Shown here: one piece after another, positions 26,504 to 38,948 of the stretch
How positions within the stretch are numbered: the stretch's first letter is position 1
Layout: every line of letters starts with the position of its first letter
Source: Malacoraja senta
Lineage: Eukaryota
DNA length: 64,000 nucleotides
Assembly (NCBI GenBank): GCA_038087875.1
Contig: CM075992.1
Coordinates: 11,534,001 to 11,598,000, forward strand
Direction of reading: 5' to 3'
Notes under the pieces: generated by a model
Databases searched by the model: none
Told to the model about the DNA's origin: nothing
Seen by the model: the letters and a program-made list of their open reading frames with translations, nothing else
Translations under genes and position numbers: made by a program

Positions 26504-29500
26504 GATAATAGTAACCTCCCTCAACCGGGAGAAAACTATAAACAGAAACGAACATAGAGTTGGCAAATTCCCCAGGCCTGGCAATGGGTTTGTTCTAAAA
26601 TGTTTGGAAGATCATTCGTTTGACCAACCTGCAGCCGCTAGGATGTGGTCCCGCGAAACGTCCATAACCCTGCTGCTGATGTTGTTGCAGCCCTGGTGGA
26701 GTGAGACTTAAAAATGTCAGTGTTCACTCCTGTATAAGCCAGAACCCGTTAACCACCTGGAGATGGTCTGTAGTGATACCTACTTATGAGGCTATATGTA
26801 ACTAACAAATATTGCTAGTTCAGAGTCTTTAAGTTCTTAGTGACCTTAACATACTGGTGTAGATGTGTGACCACAAACAACCAATGGTCCAAGGGAAATG
26901 CCAACAAGCCTAGTTTAAGATCTGATGCCCCTGGTCTATTCTGCTTGACTAAGACATAACCATAAAATGTTATCTTGCTTGCAGATATAATCATCCTGTC
27001 CAGTCCCTAGCTTATGCAATGACTGGACCCGTTGCGCTGGACTCAGTGCCATGAGCATAACCACTTTGTAAGTGGGTTTGACCAAGGACAGGGATGTAGC
27101 TGGATCCCACCAGCGAAGCGGCGTTAGCACAATGTTAATATCCCATATCTCTGCATACCTGGGACTGGGAGGTTTTGAGTTTGAAGATACCCTTCATAAT
27201 TTAGATATCAGAGAGCGAGACCCGACAGTGGATTCTGCTCCCCGCAGCCAATATGATGAGAAGGCACATTCGGCACAATAAACATATGTAATATTAGCAT
27301 AAAACAACTACTTCCCATCTCCTTATGAGGAAAATACAGCTTATTTGGTGCTATCCCTGCAATCTGCAGTGAGCATGTCCACAGGAACGGTCTTCTCAGA
27401 GTCTGCAAGTCAATGAATTGATTTGATCATGCAGAGGATGGTTTCCCGAGTCATGGCTAAATCAGCAAATCTTTGTGTCTAGAAATAACCATACACGGTT
27501 CTATTATCATTCCCTACATCAGCAGGACCATGGCTCTAAATGTCATTCAGGCACTACGAAGAAGCCTGAAGCGGGAACTTGCTGGATTTTTTGCAAGACC
27601 CGTCTGATGAGGCAAAATGGAGGGAGACATAAAAGAACATTTTCCCCAGTGTAGCGAGAATGCATCCATTGCCACTGATATGCCACATATTTTTTGCAAC
27701 TGGTGATTGAGCCTGGACGCAAATATCTGGATCTTTTAGTGTTCCATCGAGCCACAATGTCATTAAAGACTTTGAGATCTAACATCCATGCTGTGTTATC
27801 ATTGATTTTACATAATGATACACCAGTGCCAAATGAGGGTAGGTAAACTATCTCTGGATACTTTAACTTGGTTGCACCCATGTGATTAACATACACCACC
27901 ACCAAAGTGCATCAACTTGGACTTGAGCATGCAGATCATGCATATCCGCACAAACCTTTAATCCATAGAATGCACCTAGTGTCTATAGGTAGTTGACACC
28001 TTATAACTGAAGAATTGGCAACTCATGCAATCCCATCCGCCTCCATAACTAGAGATGGTATTAGTAATTTTCCATCTTTGAGCAATAGCATCAGTTTGTA
28101 ATTAACTGAAGATTTATTGCTGAAAAGTTAGTGGAGCAATGCTGAATACTGTCTGTCCACCATGGTGACTTTGATAGTTTCAGCTGGAATAGCTTAGGTC
28201 TGGTAACAATGACCTACGTGGTACTTGAGAGCTTGCTCCTTTGCACGTGTATACTGATAATGCAAAGGCCCAAATAGCACAGCTGAAAGCCAATATATTG
28301 CCAATTATAATTGCTGAATAGAAGGCTGCTTGATAACAACAACAAGGTTGTTACAGGCTTCAATTAATTCCAATCTCTTGCCTCAGGGCGGAGTCCCAGA
28401 CAAATTAATAGAGTTAAAGGTAAATCCCAATAATCAATAATTTCAGTTGGTATCAACTTAAATGTAACTGGATGGGTGAGAAACCCAATTTCTCAAATAT
28501 AGTTTGGTGGCTGATTCAGCTAATTTAGCAAAATACAGCGTTTAGAATGTCATCCCGTCAGGCCATAACAGTTGTTTTTTAGCTCTGAGCAGTTGAAGCA
28601 CTGGTTTTAGTAATTTGGTAAATAACCTGGGAGCTGAAGTTAGCCCATTTTGCAATGCTTCTAACTGTATCATTGCCCCATCCAGCTAAATTTCAAATAT
28701 CTCCGGTGCCCTGTGAATGCAAACTGATCACATGGAAGTTAAACAGCCACGAAGTTTCCTATTCAGAAACGTCTATACTGCACATGCGAGTTGAACCTGT
28801 TGACAATGAACAGGCCACATCTGGCATTATTACGAGCCTGCCTTGAAAGGCAACTCCCTTGCTTGTATGCTGTGCAGTATAAACTAATCTCATGTTATCA
28901 TTGTCATCTGTACAAAAACCAAGTGTAAATATTACCAACTTGTATCCGTGACAGGAGGCATCATATGGTTCCATCTTCATCCTTCATACCTCCGAATGGG
29001 AGGACTTATGCAACCTAAACCAGGAGCTGCCTCAACCAGCTTCATCCTTCCTACATCCGAATGGGAGGACTTATGCAACCTGAACCAGGAGCTGCCTCAA
29101 CCAGCTTCATCCTTCCTACATCCAAATGGGAGGACTTATGCAACCTGACCCAGGAGCTGCCTCAGTCATGTGTGCATGTATTTTAGCACCATCTCCATCA
29201 CTACGTTCGATCGAGTGGGAGGAATTGCAACCCTGAAACAGGTGTCGCTTCAGGCACATGTGCCCTTCTGTAGCATCCTCTACCACTTCGTTCCTTTGAG
29301 TGGGAGGAAATTTGCAACCCTGAAACAGGAGCTGCTGCCTGACATGCCTTAGGATGGAACGTTCTTGACTGCGACGAGTCGCAATCTTGTCTGACATAGA
29401 TGCCCAAGCCTTGGCACTCACTGTGAGTTGGGGTTTGTCAGGTTGCTTCCTTCAGCAGCCGCCAGGACAAGTTGCTCCTTTCCGATGCCAATGCAGTCTA

Positions 29501-30726
29501 CAGGGAAGGACTGGAGCGCCTCTAGCCCCCGTATGCCAGACCTAGTGGGTGAAAGCTGGAAAAACCTGCCAGTTATTTGTCATGGGCATAGACGTTTACA
29601 TAAACGAAGACGCCAACCCAGTTAAAGATTTGATTACTTTATTGATCTGACTAAACTCGGCGTCTCGGGGAAGAATCTTCCACAGTCCCTTTAATGAGCG
29701 GAATTACCATGACACCACTATGTGTAGAACTGATACAATTAATCAGAGGGTATCAGCATAATGGTGCCTACCCTGTATAGCCATATACTTGAAAGAATAC
29801 ACTATAGCTGCTAATGCCATGGAAGCGTAGGGGTGCAGTTAGTAACGCTCATGAATGGCAGCATGTGCCATGGACATTCCTCCGGGGTTGGGGTCAGTCA
29901 CACACTGACCCATGCACGCCTCTCTACCGAGAGGGAGATCTGTGAGCAGCCCTGTACACAGGTGCTGCCGTAAACCTCCGATGACCTTGTGCTGATATGG
30001 CCCTGTTTTAGTGGACCATATCAGGCTGGGTAAGATGTTCGAGGACGTACCCTAGAATGTCTGAGGGGAACCCTCCTGGCCAGGCTTGTCCAGCCTGGGC
30101 CTCTCCGACTTAGTTTGGTTGCCTACCTTTGGGCTGCCCAAGTCGAAGTCGCTGACCCTGAGTCCTGCTCCACCATGCGAACCCGACGGCCACCGGCTAT
30201 CCGCTCTCCCGTGGTCCATAGCCGGCATCTCTGTGGATAATGTACACCAGTCTGAAGCCGCTGGTGAATTCAACCGCCGCCCGCTACCCGCATTCCGTGG
30301 TCTACGTAGCGGGTTCCCTGTGGTCCCTGTAGAAGGGATTCCCCGCGAAATCCATGTCGGGTTTTTCTCGCAGCCGGGATTCCCTCTGGGTCCCTGTAGA
30401 AGGGCTTCCCCGCGATGTCTGTGGTCGGGCTTGCCCCAAGCCAGATCCCCGCAGTTTTCGCAGCCGGGATCCCCCCCGTGGTCCCTGTATAATGGAGCCG
30501 GGTGAAGCCGGGATTTCGACCACGGAACATCTCCAGCTGGAACTCTGTAAAGAGCTTCCTGCAAGGAGAAAACAGACCTGGAAAAAGTTAAAACTTATCT
30601 TCAGGTTTGACCGCAAGTGGAGCAGCGCTCCCGCCAGCCGTCGTTGCGCAATGCGTTAGACGATATGATGTGCATGCGGGCTGGCGGGGTCTTCACGCAG
30701 TCACTCACGTGACTCCGAAGTAAAAT
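26504..30726 (-). mobile_element. DIRS1-type retrotransposon, copy C (no adjacent right terminus or ICR)
   Basis: Colinear with copy B from about 19624 onward; MT-like ORF 27543-27905; left terminus GTCACTCACGTGACTCCGAAGTAAAAT at 30726. Confidence 0.88.
28975..29165. repeat. 65-bp tandem repeat, about 3 copies, inside DIRS copy C
   Basis: TCC(G/A)AATGGGAGGACTTATGCAACC at 28991, 29056 and 29121; one related unit in copy B near 24815-24880. Confidence 0.85.
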
Positions 30727-31009
30727 AGGCTGATGGCTGCAGGAAAGAAGCTGTTCCTGAACATTACAGTTTTCAGGCTCCTAAATCTTCTTCCTGATAG
30801 CAGGGGTGATAAGTGTGGCCAAGGAGGCGTGGGTCCCTGATGATGCTGGCTGCCTTTTTGTGGCAGTGACCCTTGTTAATCCCTTAGATGGTGGGGAGGT
30901 TAGTACGTGTGATGGACTGGGCAGTGTTCACCACTTTTTGCAGTTTTCTTTGCTCCTGGGCGTTCCATCAGTTTGTAGATGACACCACTGCAGTGGGCCG
31001 GATCACTAA

Positions 31010-32034
31010 AGGGCCTGTCCCACGGGCAGACGATATCAGGCGGTAAGCGCGGCATAGCAGGAAGTGGGGACCGCGCATGTACCGCTAGGGGACCGCTCGG
31101 TGCCCACGGGGTCGGTCCCACGCAGATCGCCGGAGCCGTATGTAGTTGGTCCCGACACCGCGCGGGGCTCAGAAAAACTGACACTGTCCAAAAATCCCGT
31201 GCGGCAACGGCCTGCCGCCCCGCTGCCGCCTGGACGCCGCGCACCGTCTATATGCCACGCACCGTCTGGACGCCGCGCACCGCCTGGATGCCACGAGCAC
31301 CGCCTGGACGCCACGAGCACCGTCTGGACACCACGAGCACCGTCTGGACGCCACGAGCACCGCCTGGACGCCACGAGCACCGCCTGGACGCCACGAGCAC
31401 CGCCTGGACGCCACGAGCACCGCCTGGACGCCACGAGCACCGTCTGGATGCCACGAGCACCATCTGGACGCCACGAGCACCGTCTGGACGCCACGAGCAC
31501 CGTCTGGACGCCACGAGCACCGTCTGGACGCCGCGAGCACCGTCTGGACGCCGCGAGCACCGTCTGGACGCCACGAGCACCGTCTGGACGCCGCGAGCAC
31601 CGTCTGGATGCCGCGCACCGCCTGGACGCCGCGCACAGTATGGACACCGCGAGCACCGTCTGGACGCCACGAGCACCGTCTGGACGCCGCGCACCGCCTG
31701 GACGCCACGAGCACCGTCTGGACGCCGCGCACCGTCTGGATGCCGCGCACCGTCTGGACGCCGCGCACAGTCTCGATGGAGTAGACTAGCGCGTTGCGTT
31801 GCGCGATGACGTCATCACCCAACGCCACGCTCGCCGCATGCATTCGCATGCTCGTGGGACAGGCCGTACAGTAAACACTCGGCCTCCGCGCGGCAACCGC
31901 TTCCGGTTAGGTTGCGCTTGCCGCATGCTCGTGGGACAGGCCGTACGGTGGCACCCGCGCAGCAGCCGCATGGTCCCCACTTCCTGCTACACCGCGCTTA
32001 CCGCCTGGAATCGCCTGCCCGTGGGACAGGCCCT
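31010..32034. mobile_element. Non-autonomous TIR DNA transposon (PIF/Harbinger-like MITE)
   Basis: About 62-bp imperfect TIRs AGGGCCTGTCCCACGGGCAG...GGGGACC; flanks TAA / TTA; interrupts a LINE RT remnant (DDTTAVGRIT..NDE). Confidence 0.8.
31226..31770. repeat. GC-rich 20-bp minisatellite (CGTCTGGACGCCACGAGCAC)n with 18-bp variants
   Basis: Directly visible, roughly 25-28 units. Confidence 0.95.
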
Positions 32035-32139
32035 TTACAACGATGAGACAAGAGTACAGAACAAAGTAACATTGTGGCACGACAATAGCAGTAAGACAAA
32101 GGTGCTATTTCTTGACTTCAGGCAACAAGCTGGAAACAG

Positions 32140-32832
32140 TACACAGAAGATTTACAAGGATGTTGCCAGGACTAGAGGGTCTGAGCTATAGGGAGATGTT
32201 GAGTAGGCTGGGACTCTATTCCTTCGAGCACAGAAAGACGAGGGGAGATCTTAGAAAGGAGTTTAAAATCATGAGAGGAATAGATGGGCTACATGCACAG
32301 TCTCTTGCCCAGAGCAGGTGAATCGAGGACCAGAGGACATAGGTTTAAGATTAAGGGGAAAAGATTTAATACGAATTTGAGGTAGACAAAAGTGCTGGAG
32401 AAACTCAGCGGGTGAGGCAGCATTTCTGGAGAGAAGGAATAGGTGATGTTTCAGGACGAGACCTTTCTTCATTCTGAAACATCGCCTATTCCTTCTCTCC
32501 ATAGATGCTGCCTCACCTGCTGAGTTTCTCCAGTATTTTTGTCTACCTTTGATTTTTCTAGCATCTGCAGTTCTTTCTTAAACATAGGAATCTGAGGGGT
32601 AACTTGTTCACCCAAATGGTGGTGGGTGTATGGATAAGCTGCCAGAGGTAGTTGAGGCAGGGATTATCCCAATGTTTAAGAAACAATTAGACCGGTACAT
32701 GGGGAGGACAGGTTTGGGGAGATATGGCCCAAACGGCGGCAGGTGGGACGAGTGTAGCTGGGACATGTTGGCATGTGTGGGCAAGTTGGGCCGAAGAGAC
32801 TATTTCCATGCTGTATCACTCTATGACTCTAT
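32140..32832 (+). mobile_element. CR1 3' fragment interrupted by a short inverted pair of Penelope terminal motifs (about 32380-32580)
   Basis: VHRRFTRMLPGLEGLSYREMLSRLGLYS; CR1 3'UTR ending in CTCTATGACTCTAT. Confidence 0.75.
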
Positions 32833-33099
32833 AACATCGTGGAGTACATGACCCAATCAGCAACAATGATGCAACAATAGAAATGGTTGAGAGCTTCCTT
32901 GGCATAAATATTATCAACGGTCTGCCATGGACCAACCACATTGAAATGACAGCCAAGAGGGTACACCAATGCATCTATTTCCTCAGGAGACTAAGGAAAT
33001 TCAGCATGTCTCCAATGTAGACATTCTTCAACAGATGGATCACAGAAAGCATAATGTTGGGTTGCATCGCAGCTTGCTTTGGTAACACCTCTGTCCAAG

Positions 33100-33690
33100 T
33101 CCACGAGGTCACTTGCACCTTCTCTAACCTCATCTACTGTATCCGTTGTGCAAGATGCGGACTCTTTTACATCGGCAAGAGCAAATGTAGAATGGGCGAT
33201 CGTTTCGCGGAACACCTTCGCTCAGCTCGCCTGAACCTACCTGATCTCCCGGTTGCTGGACAGTTTAATTCTCCTTCCCATTCCTACACAGACCTTTCTG
33301 TCCTAGGACTCCTCCATTGTCAGAGTGAGGCTAAACCAAATTGGAGGAACAGCATATCATATTTCGCTTGGCAGCTTACAGTGATATGAATATTGATTTC
33401 CCTCACTTCAGGTAGCCCCAGCATTCCCTCTCTCTCTATCCCTCCCCCACCAAGTCTCACTAGGTTCTCGTTTTCACCCTACAAATAGCTAACAATAGCC
33501 TGTTTCCTTTATCATCGTTACTTTTTTGCATATCTTTTATTCATTGTTCTTTATCTCTCTACATCATCGTTTATATCTCTCGTTTCCGTTATCCCTAACC
33601 AGTCTGAAGAAGGGTCATGACACAAAATGTCACCCGTTCCTTCTCTCTAGAGATGCTGCCTGTCCCACTGAGTAACTCCAGCTTTATGTA
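33100..33690 (+). mobile_element. Penelope-like element 3' fragment (GIY-YIG)
   Basis: TCTFSNLIYCIRCARCGLFYIGKSKCRMGDRFAEH; degenerate hammerhead motif at about 33602-33633. Confidence 0.85.
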
Positions 33691-33816
33691 TCGATCCACA
33701 AGATATTATGCAGAATTATTGAAGTAGCCCAATCCTTCTCACGGACTACACTTCCCATCACTGACTCCATCTACACTCCATGCCGTCTCAAAAAAGCAAC
33801 AATCATAGTCAAAGAC

Positions 33817-34756
33817 TTGGCCCGCTGTATAAGTAAAACCTTTAGTATTGCAAAGCCTAATGGGATATTTGGTACAATATTGTGCAACTTGGGTGATTGA
33901 TGCAATGCAATTCACACGTTGATCTACAGAAATTGTCATCTGTGTGCATTACGTCCAGACCATTAAAAGTCGTCTTTGTTGTGTATTCCGTGCAGACGGA
34001 ATTGCGTACAGTTTTGGTCTCCAAATCTGAGGAAGGACATTATAGCCATAGAGGGAGTGCAGAGAAGGTTCACCAGACTGATTCCTGGGATGTCAGGACT
34101 TTCATATGAAGAAAGACTGGATAGACTTGGCTTATACTCGCTAGAATTTAGGAGATTGAGAGGGGATCTTATAGAAACGTACAAAATTCTTATGGGGTTG
34201 GACAGGCTAGATGCAGGAAGATTGTTCCCGATGTTGGGGAAGTCCAGGACAAGGGGTCACAGCTTAAGGATAAGGGGGAAATCCTTTAAGACCGAGATGA
34301 GGAAAAACTTTTTCACACAGAGAGTGGTGAATCTCTGGAACTCTCTGCCACAGAGGGTAGTTGAGGCCAGTTCATTGGCTATATTTAAGAGGGAGTTAGA
34401 TGTGGCCCTTGTGGCTAAAGTGATCTGGGGTATGGAGAGAAGGCAGGTACGGGATACTGAGTTGGATGATCAGCCATGATCATATTAAATGGCGGTGCAG
34501 GCTCGAAGGGCCGAATGGCCTACTCCTGCACCTATTGTCTATGTATGTATGTAGACCTGATGATTAACACACATTGATCTACTTAACATCATCAATAATC
34601 ATCTTGGTGTATAAATTTCCTGTTGTTGTCAACTAACGTTGGAGATGTAATCACAGCCTTTGACTGAGACGCTTCTCCCCATGTGCAAGTAAAATAAACC
34701 AACTGTTGATGGTTAATGATTTGAGTCCTTGAGTCTTATTACGGGTCCAGACTTCA
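33817..34756 (+). mobile_element. Possible solo LTR interrupted by a CR1
   Basis: AGAC flanks both ends and the host LINE tail rejoins across it; TATAAA near 34610, AATAAA near 34693, ends in CA; the 5' TG is not clean. Confidence 0.4.
33997..34552 (+). mobile_element. Young CR1 3' fragment
   Basis: ORF 33976-34479 nearly identical to the C-terminus of ORF 19867-21429; (TATG)n tail. Confidence 0.92.
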
Positions 34757-36005
34757 AGACCACCTTGGTCATTCCTCCTTCTCTCACTCCTGACAGGTAA
34801 AAGATACAGAAGCTTGAAAATGCACACCACCAGACTCAGGAGCAGCCTTTTCCCCTCTATTATCAGGCTTCTGAATGCTCCTTCTATAATTCACCTGTAC
34901 CCCATTGTGGATATTGGACTTTGTCTCTTAAACTGTGGCGCTACATTGCTGAGAATTATTTTCTGCATTCTGTATCTTTCTCTTCACTCTACCAATTGTT
35001 CTTGAGCTTGGCATGATAGGGTTTATGTACAATATATTCTTATTTGTAAGACAGCATGCACAACAACATTTTATGCTGTACTTCAGTACACCCGACAATA
35101 ATAAACCTAGACTTAAAGTTAACTCCCCTCATATTCTACCCTTCACCCACACACTGAGGATAATTGTATAGTAGCCAATTAATCTACCGATCTACACATC
35201 TTTGCGATGTGGGAGGAAACTGAAACACTGGGAGAAGCCTAAACAGTCATAGGGAGAATGTGCAAACTCCACGCAGTCAGTGCCAAGGAATGGATCAAAC
35301 CTCTATCCCCTGTGTCTCTGTGCCTCCTGAGCTCCCTAGATGCATGGTTCAGTGGGGATGCCACCATTTTTACTCCCCTCCAAGTCACATCCTATCTCCA
35401 ATGGGAAGCATAACCACAGTCATTCAATGACGTCCTGGGAATTCTACTGCGGTAGAACCTTCGTTTCACAGAGATCAGTGGCCAGGGAGGCCGATTCTCC
35501 AACCCATAATTAGCCATCGTCATCAATCCCAGCATTGCCCATGACACCTGCATCCTAAATATACTCACTCTGCAGGAAAGATAATCCGATTGTTGTCGGG
35601 GGTAGGAAGGGCTCTTCAGTGCAAGTGGGTAAAGCTGAGGTGGAATAGTGTGCAGGGGGGAGAACTCAAGAAATCACCTCAAACAAAATTAAAAAGAGCA
35701 ATCTTTGGTTTCTTTGAGTGATCACTGGCGCTGGATGTCTCAAAGGATCTATAACAAAGTTCATTTTAAACAATGATGCTTATTTTGATGTGTAGGAAGG
35801 AACTGCAGATGCTGGTTTAAACTGAAGATAGACACAAAAAGCAGGAGTAACTCGGAAGGTCAGATAGCATCTCTGGAGAAAAGGAATAGGTGACGTTTCG
35901 GGTCGAGACAGGTTCACTAACCTTCTTCAGGAAGGAATCTGCTCTTGTTACCTGGGCTGGGTTTGTGAACTCATACCCACAGTAATGTGCACAATACTTA
36001 TCCAT

Positions 36006-36727
36006 CGGGTGGCGCCACCGTTGTGGCTGCCTCGCCAACAGTTGTTTCGTCCACTTATCTGTTTCATTATTTTAAGTATGTCTTGAATGTTTGTTTTAAT
36101 GTTTCTTGGTATGTCTTATGTGGGGGGGTAGGGGGCTTGGGGGAAACTATTTCCAGTCACTTACCTCGACAGAGATGCAATTTTTCTCCGTGTCCGTTTC
36201 TCCGTGTCCGTTTCTCCGCGGCCTAACAACGTGGAGTGGTGCACGTCCTGAATTCCATCTCGGGGATTCAAGCCGCGACTTACCATCGCGGAGACTGGGA
36301 TCCTTTGCCGAGGATCACCAGTGAAGGAGCTCTGACCGCGGTGGACTTTAACACCGTGAAGCAGCGGTCTCCGGTAAGAAGATGCCGACTCGGGAGCTCC
36401 ATGTTCCGATCGATCCTGATGCCGGACTTTCCATCATCCCGACGAGAGGGCTTGAGCAGCGGACTGTCAGCAGCAGCAAGTGCGGAGGGTTCAGCCCCGA
36501 TCACGGGTGAACAAAGGAGGAAGATGACTGAACTTTATTGCCTTCCATCACAGTGAGGAATATTGATTCCACTGTGGTGGATGTTCATGTTAAACTTTAC
36601 TTTATGTGCTGTGTGTATTTTTGTTTTTCACTTATTATGGCTGTATGGTAACTCAAATATCACTGTGCCTTAATTGGCACATGTGACAATAACTGTGAAC
36701 TTGATATTGAACTTGAAATTGAACTTA
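36006..36727 (+). mobile_element. Non-coding retroposon with (AACTTG)n tail
   Basis: CpG-rich body ending in ACATGTGACAATAA plus repeated GAACTT units, like other LINE 3' tails in the window (about 35090, 37880). Confidence 0.5.
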
Positions 36728-38469
36728 CATGCTTCCTAGGTTCAGGGGCAGGTAGTGAAGGAAAACTGATGTTGCCATGCCAGTGACATCCACAGTGACA
36801 CGCAGCACAAACTCCCAGATGGCCTCAGCCTTTCCTCAGCTGAGCACAAGACCCGGCAGCCTGCAGGAGGAAGCCACCGAGCCGGCCCTTGATTGGTGGC
36901 CTGGTGAACTGTGGTCTGGAAGGGGGAGCCGGCCGAGCTGTCCCCTGCCCATCCCCCATGGACCAGAGACAGAGAGGATGGAGCTGGTGATGACGACGGA
37001 TGTGAGGGGCGAGGAGCAAGGCTGGTAGGAGGGGAGAGGGAACGGAGGTCTGGCCTATCATGTCCTGAAGGTCGGCTGCGGTATTTGCAGGTGAACAATA
37101 AAATAACAATTGAACCATTGAATATCCACCTTATAATCTGTTAGTAGTTGAACAACAGACATTGGGCTAGATAACTGCCCTGTTCTGTAGCCCTGGTGGT
37201 GTGGGATCTCAAATAAACAGTCCTCAATTTCACTTCATAACGCTTCAAGTTCCTAAGAGTAAATCAGCAACCTGTCTTGGAGTAGCCACAGCAAAGCAAT
37301 GGCCAGGAAAGCACTTCAACACCTCTGCTTCCTTAGGAGGCTTAGGAAGTTCAGCATGTCCCCAACAACTCTCACCAACTTTTACAGATGCGCTACAAAA
37401 AGCATTTTATCGGGATGCATCACAGCACGGTTTGTGAACAGCTCCATCTAAGACTGCAAGGAATTACAGGGAATTGTGGACATAGTCCAGACCATCACAC
37501 AAACCGACCTCCCTTCCATTGTCTCCATCTACACTTCCACGCTGCCTCTGCAAGGCCACCATGGGACAAGTCTCACCTAGACCACTCGCTCTTCTCCCAT
37601 CTCCCATCAGGTAAAAGGGGGAAAACACATACCTCCAGATTCAGGGTCAGTTTATTCCCTGCTGTTATCACGCAACTGAACCATCCTATCACCAACTGGA
37701 CACCTACTGAGCTACCATCTACCTCATTGGAGATGCTCAGATTATCATTAATCGACCTTTGTTGGACTTTGCCATGTACTAAACCGTATTCCCTTTATCC
37801 TGTATCTGTACCCAGTGGACGGATCGATTGTAATCATATGTTGTCTTTTTGCTGACTGGTTAGCATGCAACAAAAAGCTTTTCGTGTACGATGGTACACC
37901 TGACAATAAACTAAACTAAAACTAAGCTTCTTGCATATGTCACTGAGCTAGCATTTGGGTCTAGTAGGTAAGCAGTTAAGAAGGCTAATGTCTGTTGGCT
38001 TTTATTGCATGTAAGTAGCAGAATAGAAAGAGGATACGTACAAGGATAGGAAAGGTTTAGAGGAATATGGGCCAAATGTGGGCAAATAGGATTAGCTTAG
38101 ATGGGGCACTTTGGTCGACATGAACGAGTTGAGCTGAAGGGCCTGTTTCTGTGCTGAGTGACTCTATAAATAGAAAAAGCGCCCTGCCGCAAACCATCGC
38201 CTGTCCATCCCCCCACAGATGCTGCAATGACCTGTTGAGTTCCTCCAGAACAGTGTTTTGTTGAAGGTTGCAGCATCTGCAGTTTTTTGTGTCTGCAACT
38301 GTTTCTTCCCAGCTGTTATCAAGAAACTAAAATGGTTAGAACTGGTGAGCGGTCCTGAGATACTATTTGTCTCATTGAACCTCTGATTATCATTAATCAG
38401 ACTTTATCATGCAATAAATGTTATTTCCTTTATCATGTATCTGTACATGTGATAATAATCTAAACTCTA

Positions 38470-38486
38470 CCCACCAGGTGGCAGTA
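38470..38486 (+). promoter_or_regulatory. Candidate CTCF site
   Basis: CCCACCAGGTGGCAGTA matches the CTCF core CCASYAGRKGGCRS; motif match only. Confidence 0.4.
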
Positions 38487-38948
38487 TACTCCATCAGCTG
38501 GAGGCTCAGATGGTGAAGCTTCCTCGTGCATTGAGAGCTCTCTTGGACAAACTTGCTGCCATGTAACCAGTACCTTAGCAATGACACCTCACTGGGAGCA
38601 TTGCAGATACATGTGGTTCTGTGCAGGACAAAATAACAGGTGTCCACTAATCATCAAACACTAATCCAATATTAATCCCTTTTATTTTAATTCTCCCCAT
38701 ATTCTCACCAACTCCCCCCAGATTCTATCATTCACCAATCACTCAGGGTAATGTACAGAGGGCCATTAATGTACAAATCTACACATCTTTGGGATGCGGG
38801 AAGAAATCCGAGCTTCCAGTTTGGGTTTTGTGAAGTCTTTACCCGAGGGCAGCAAAATGGTGCAGTTGGTAGAGTTGCTGTGTCACAATGACGTCAGGTG
38901 CTGCCTGTGTTGTAGTTTGCATGTTCTTCATATTACTGCGTAGGTTTC

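Noticed and set aside
30979..31849. Long overlapping ORFs of 148-276 aa
   Set aside because: Produced by the stop-free 20-bp GC-rich minisatellite; open in many frames on both strands
36006..36050. Possible HDV-like fold at the head of the 36006-36727 element (contains CCTCGC)
   Set aside because: Could not build P1, P2 and P3 in the required order
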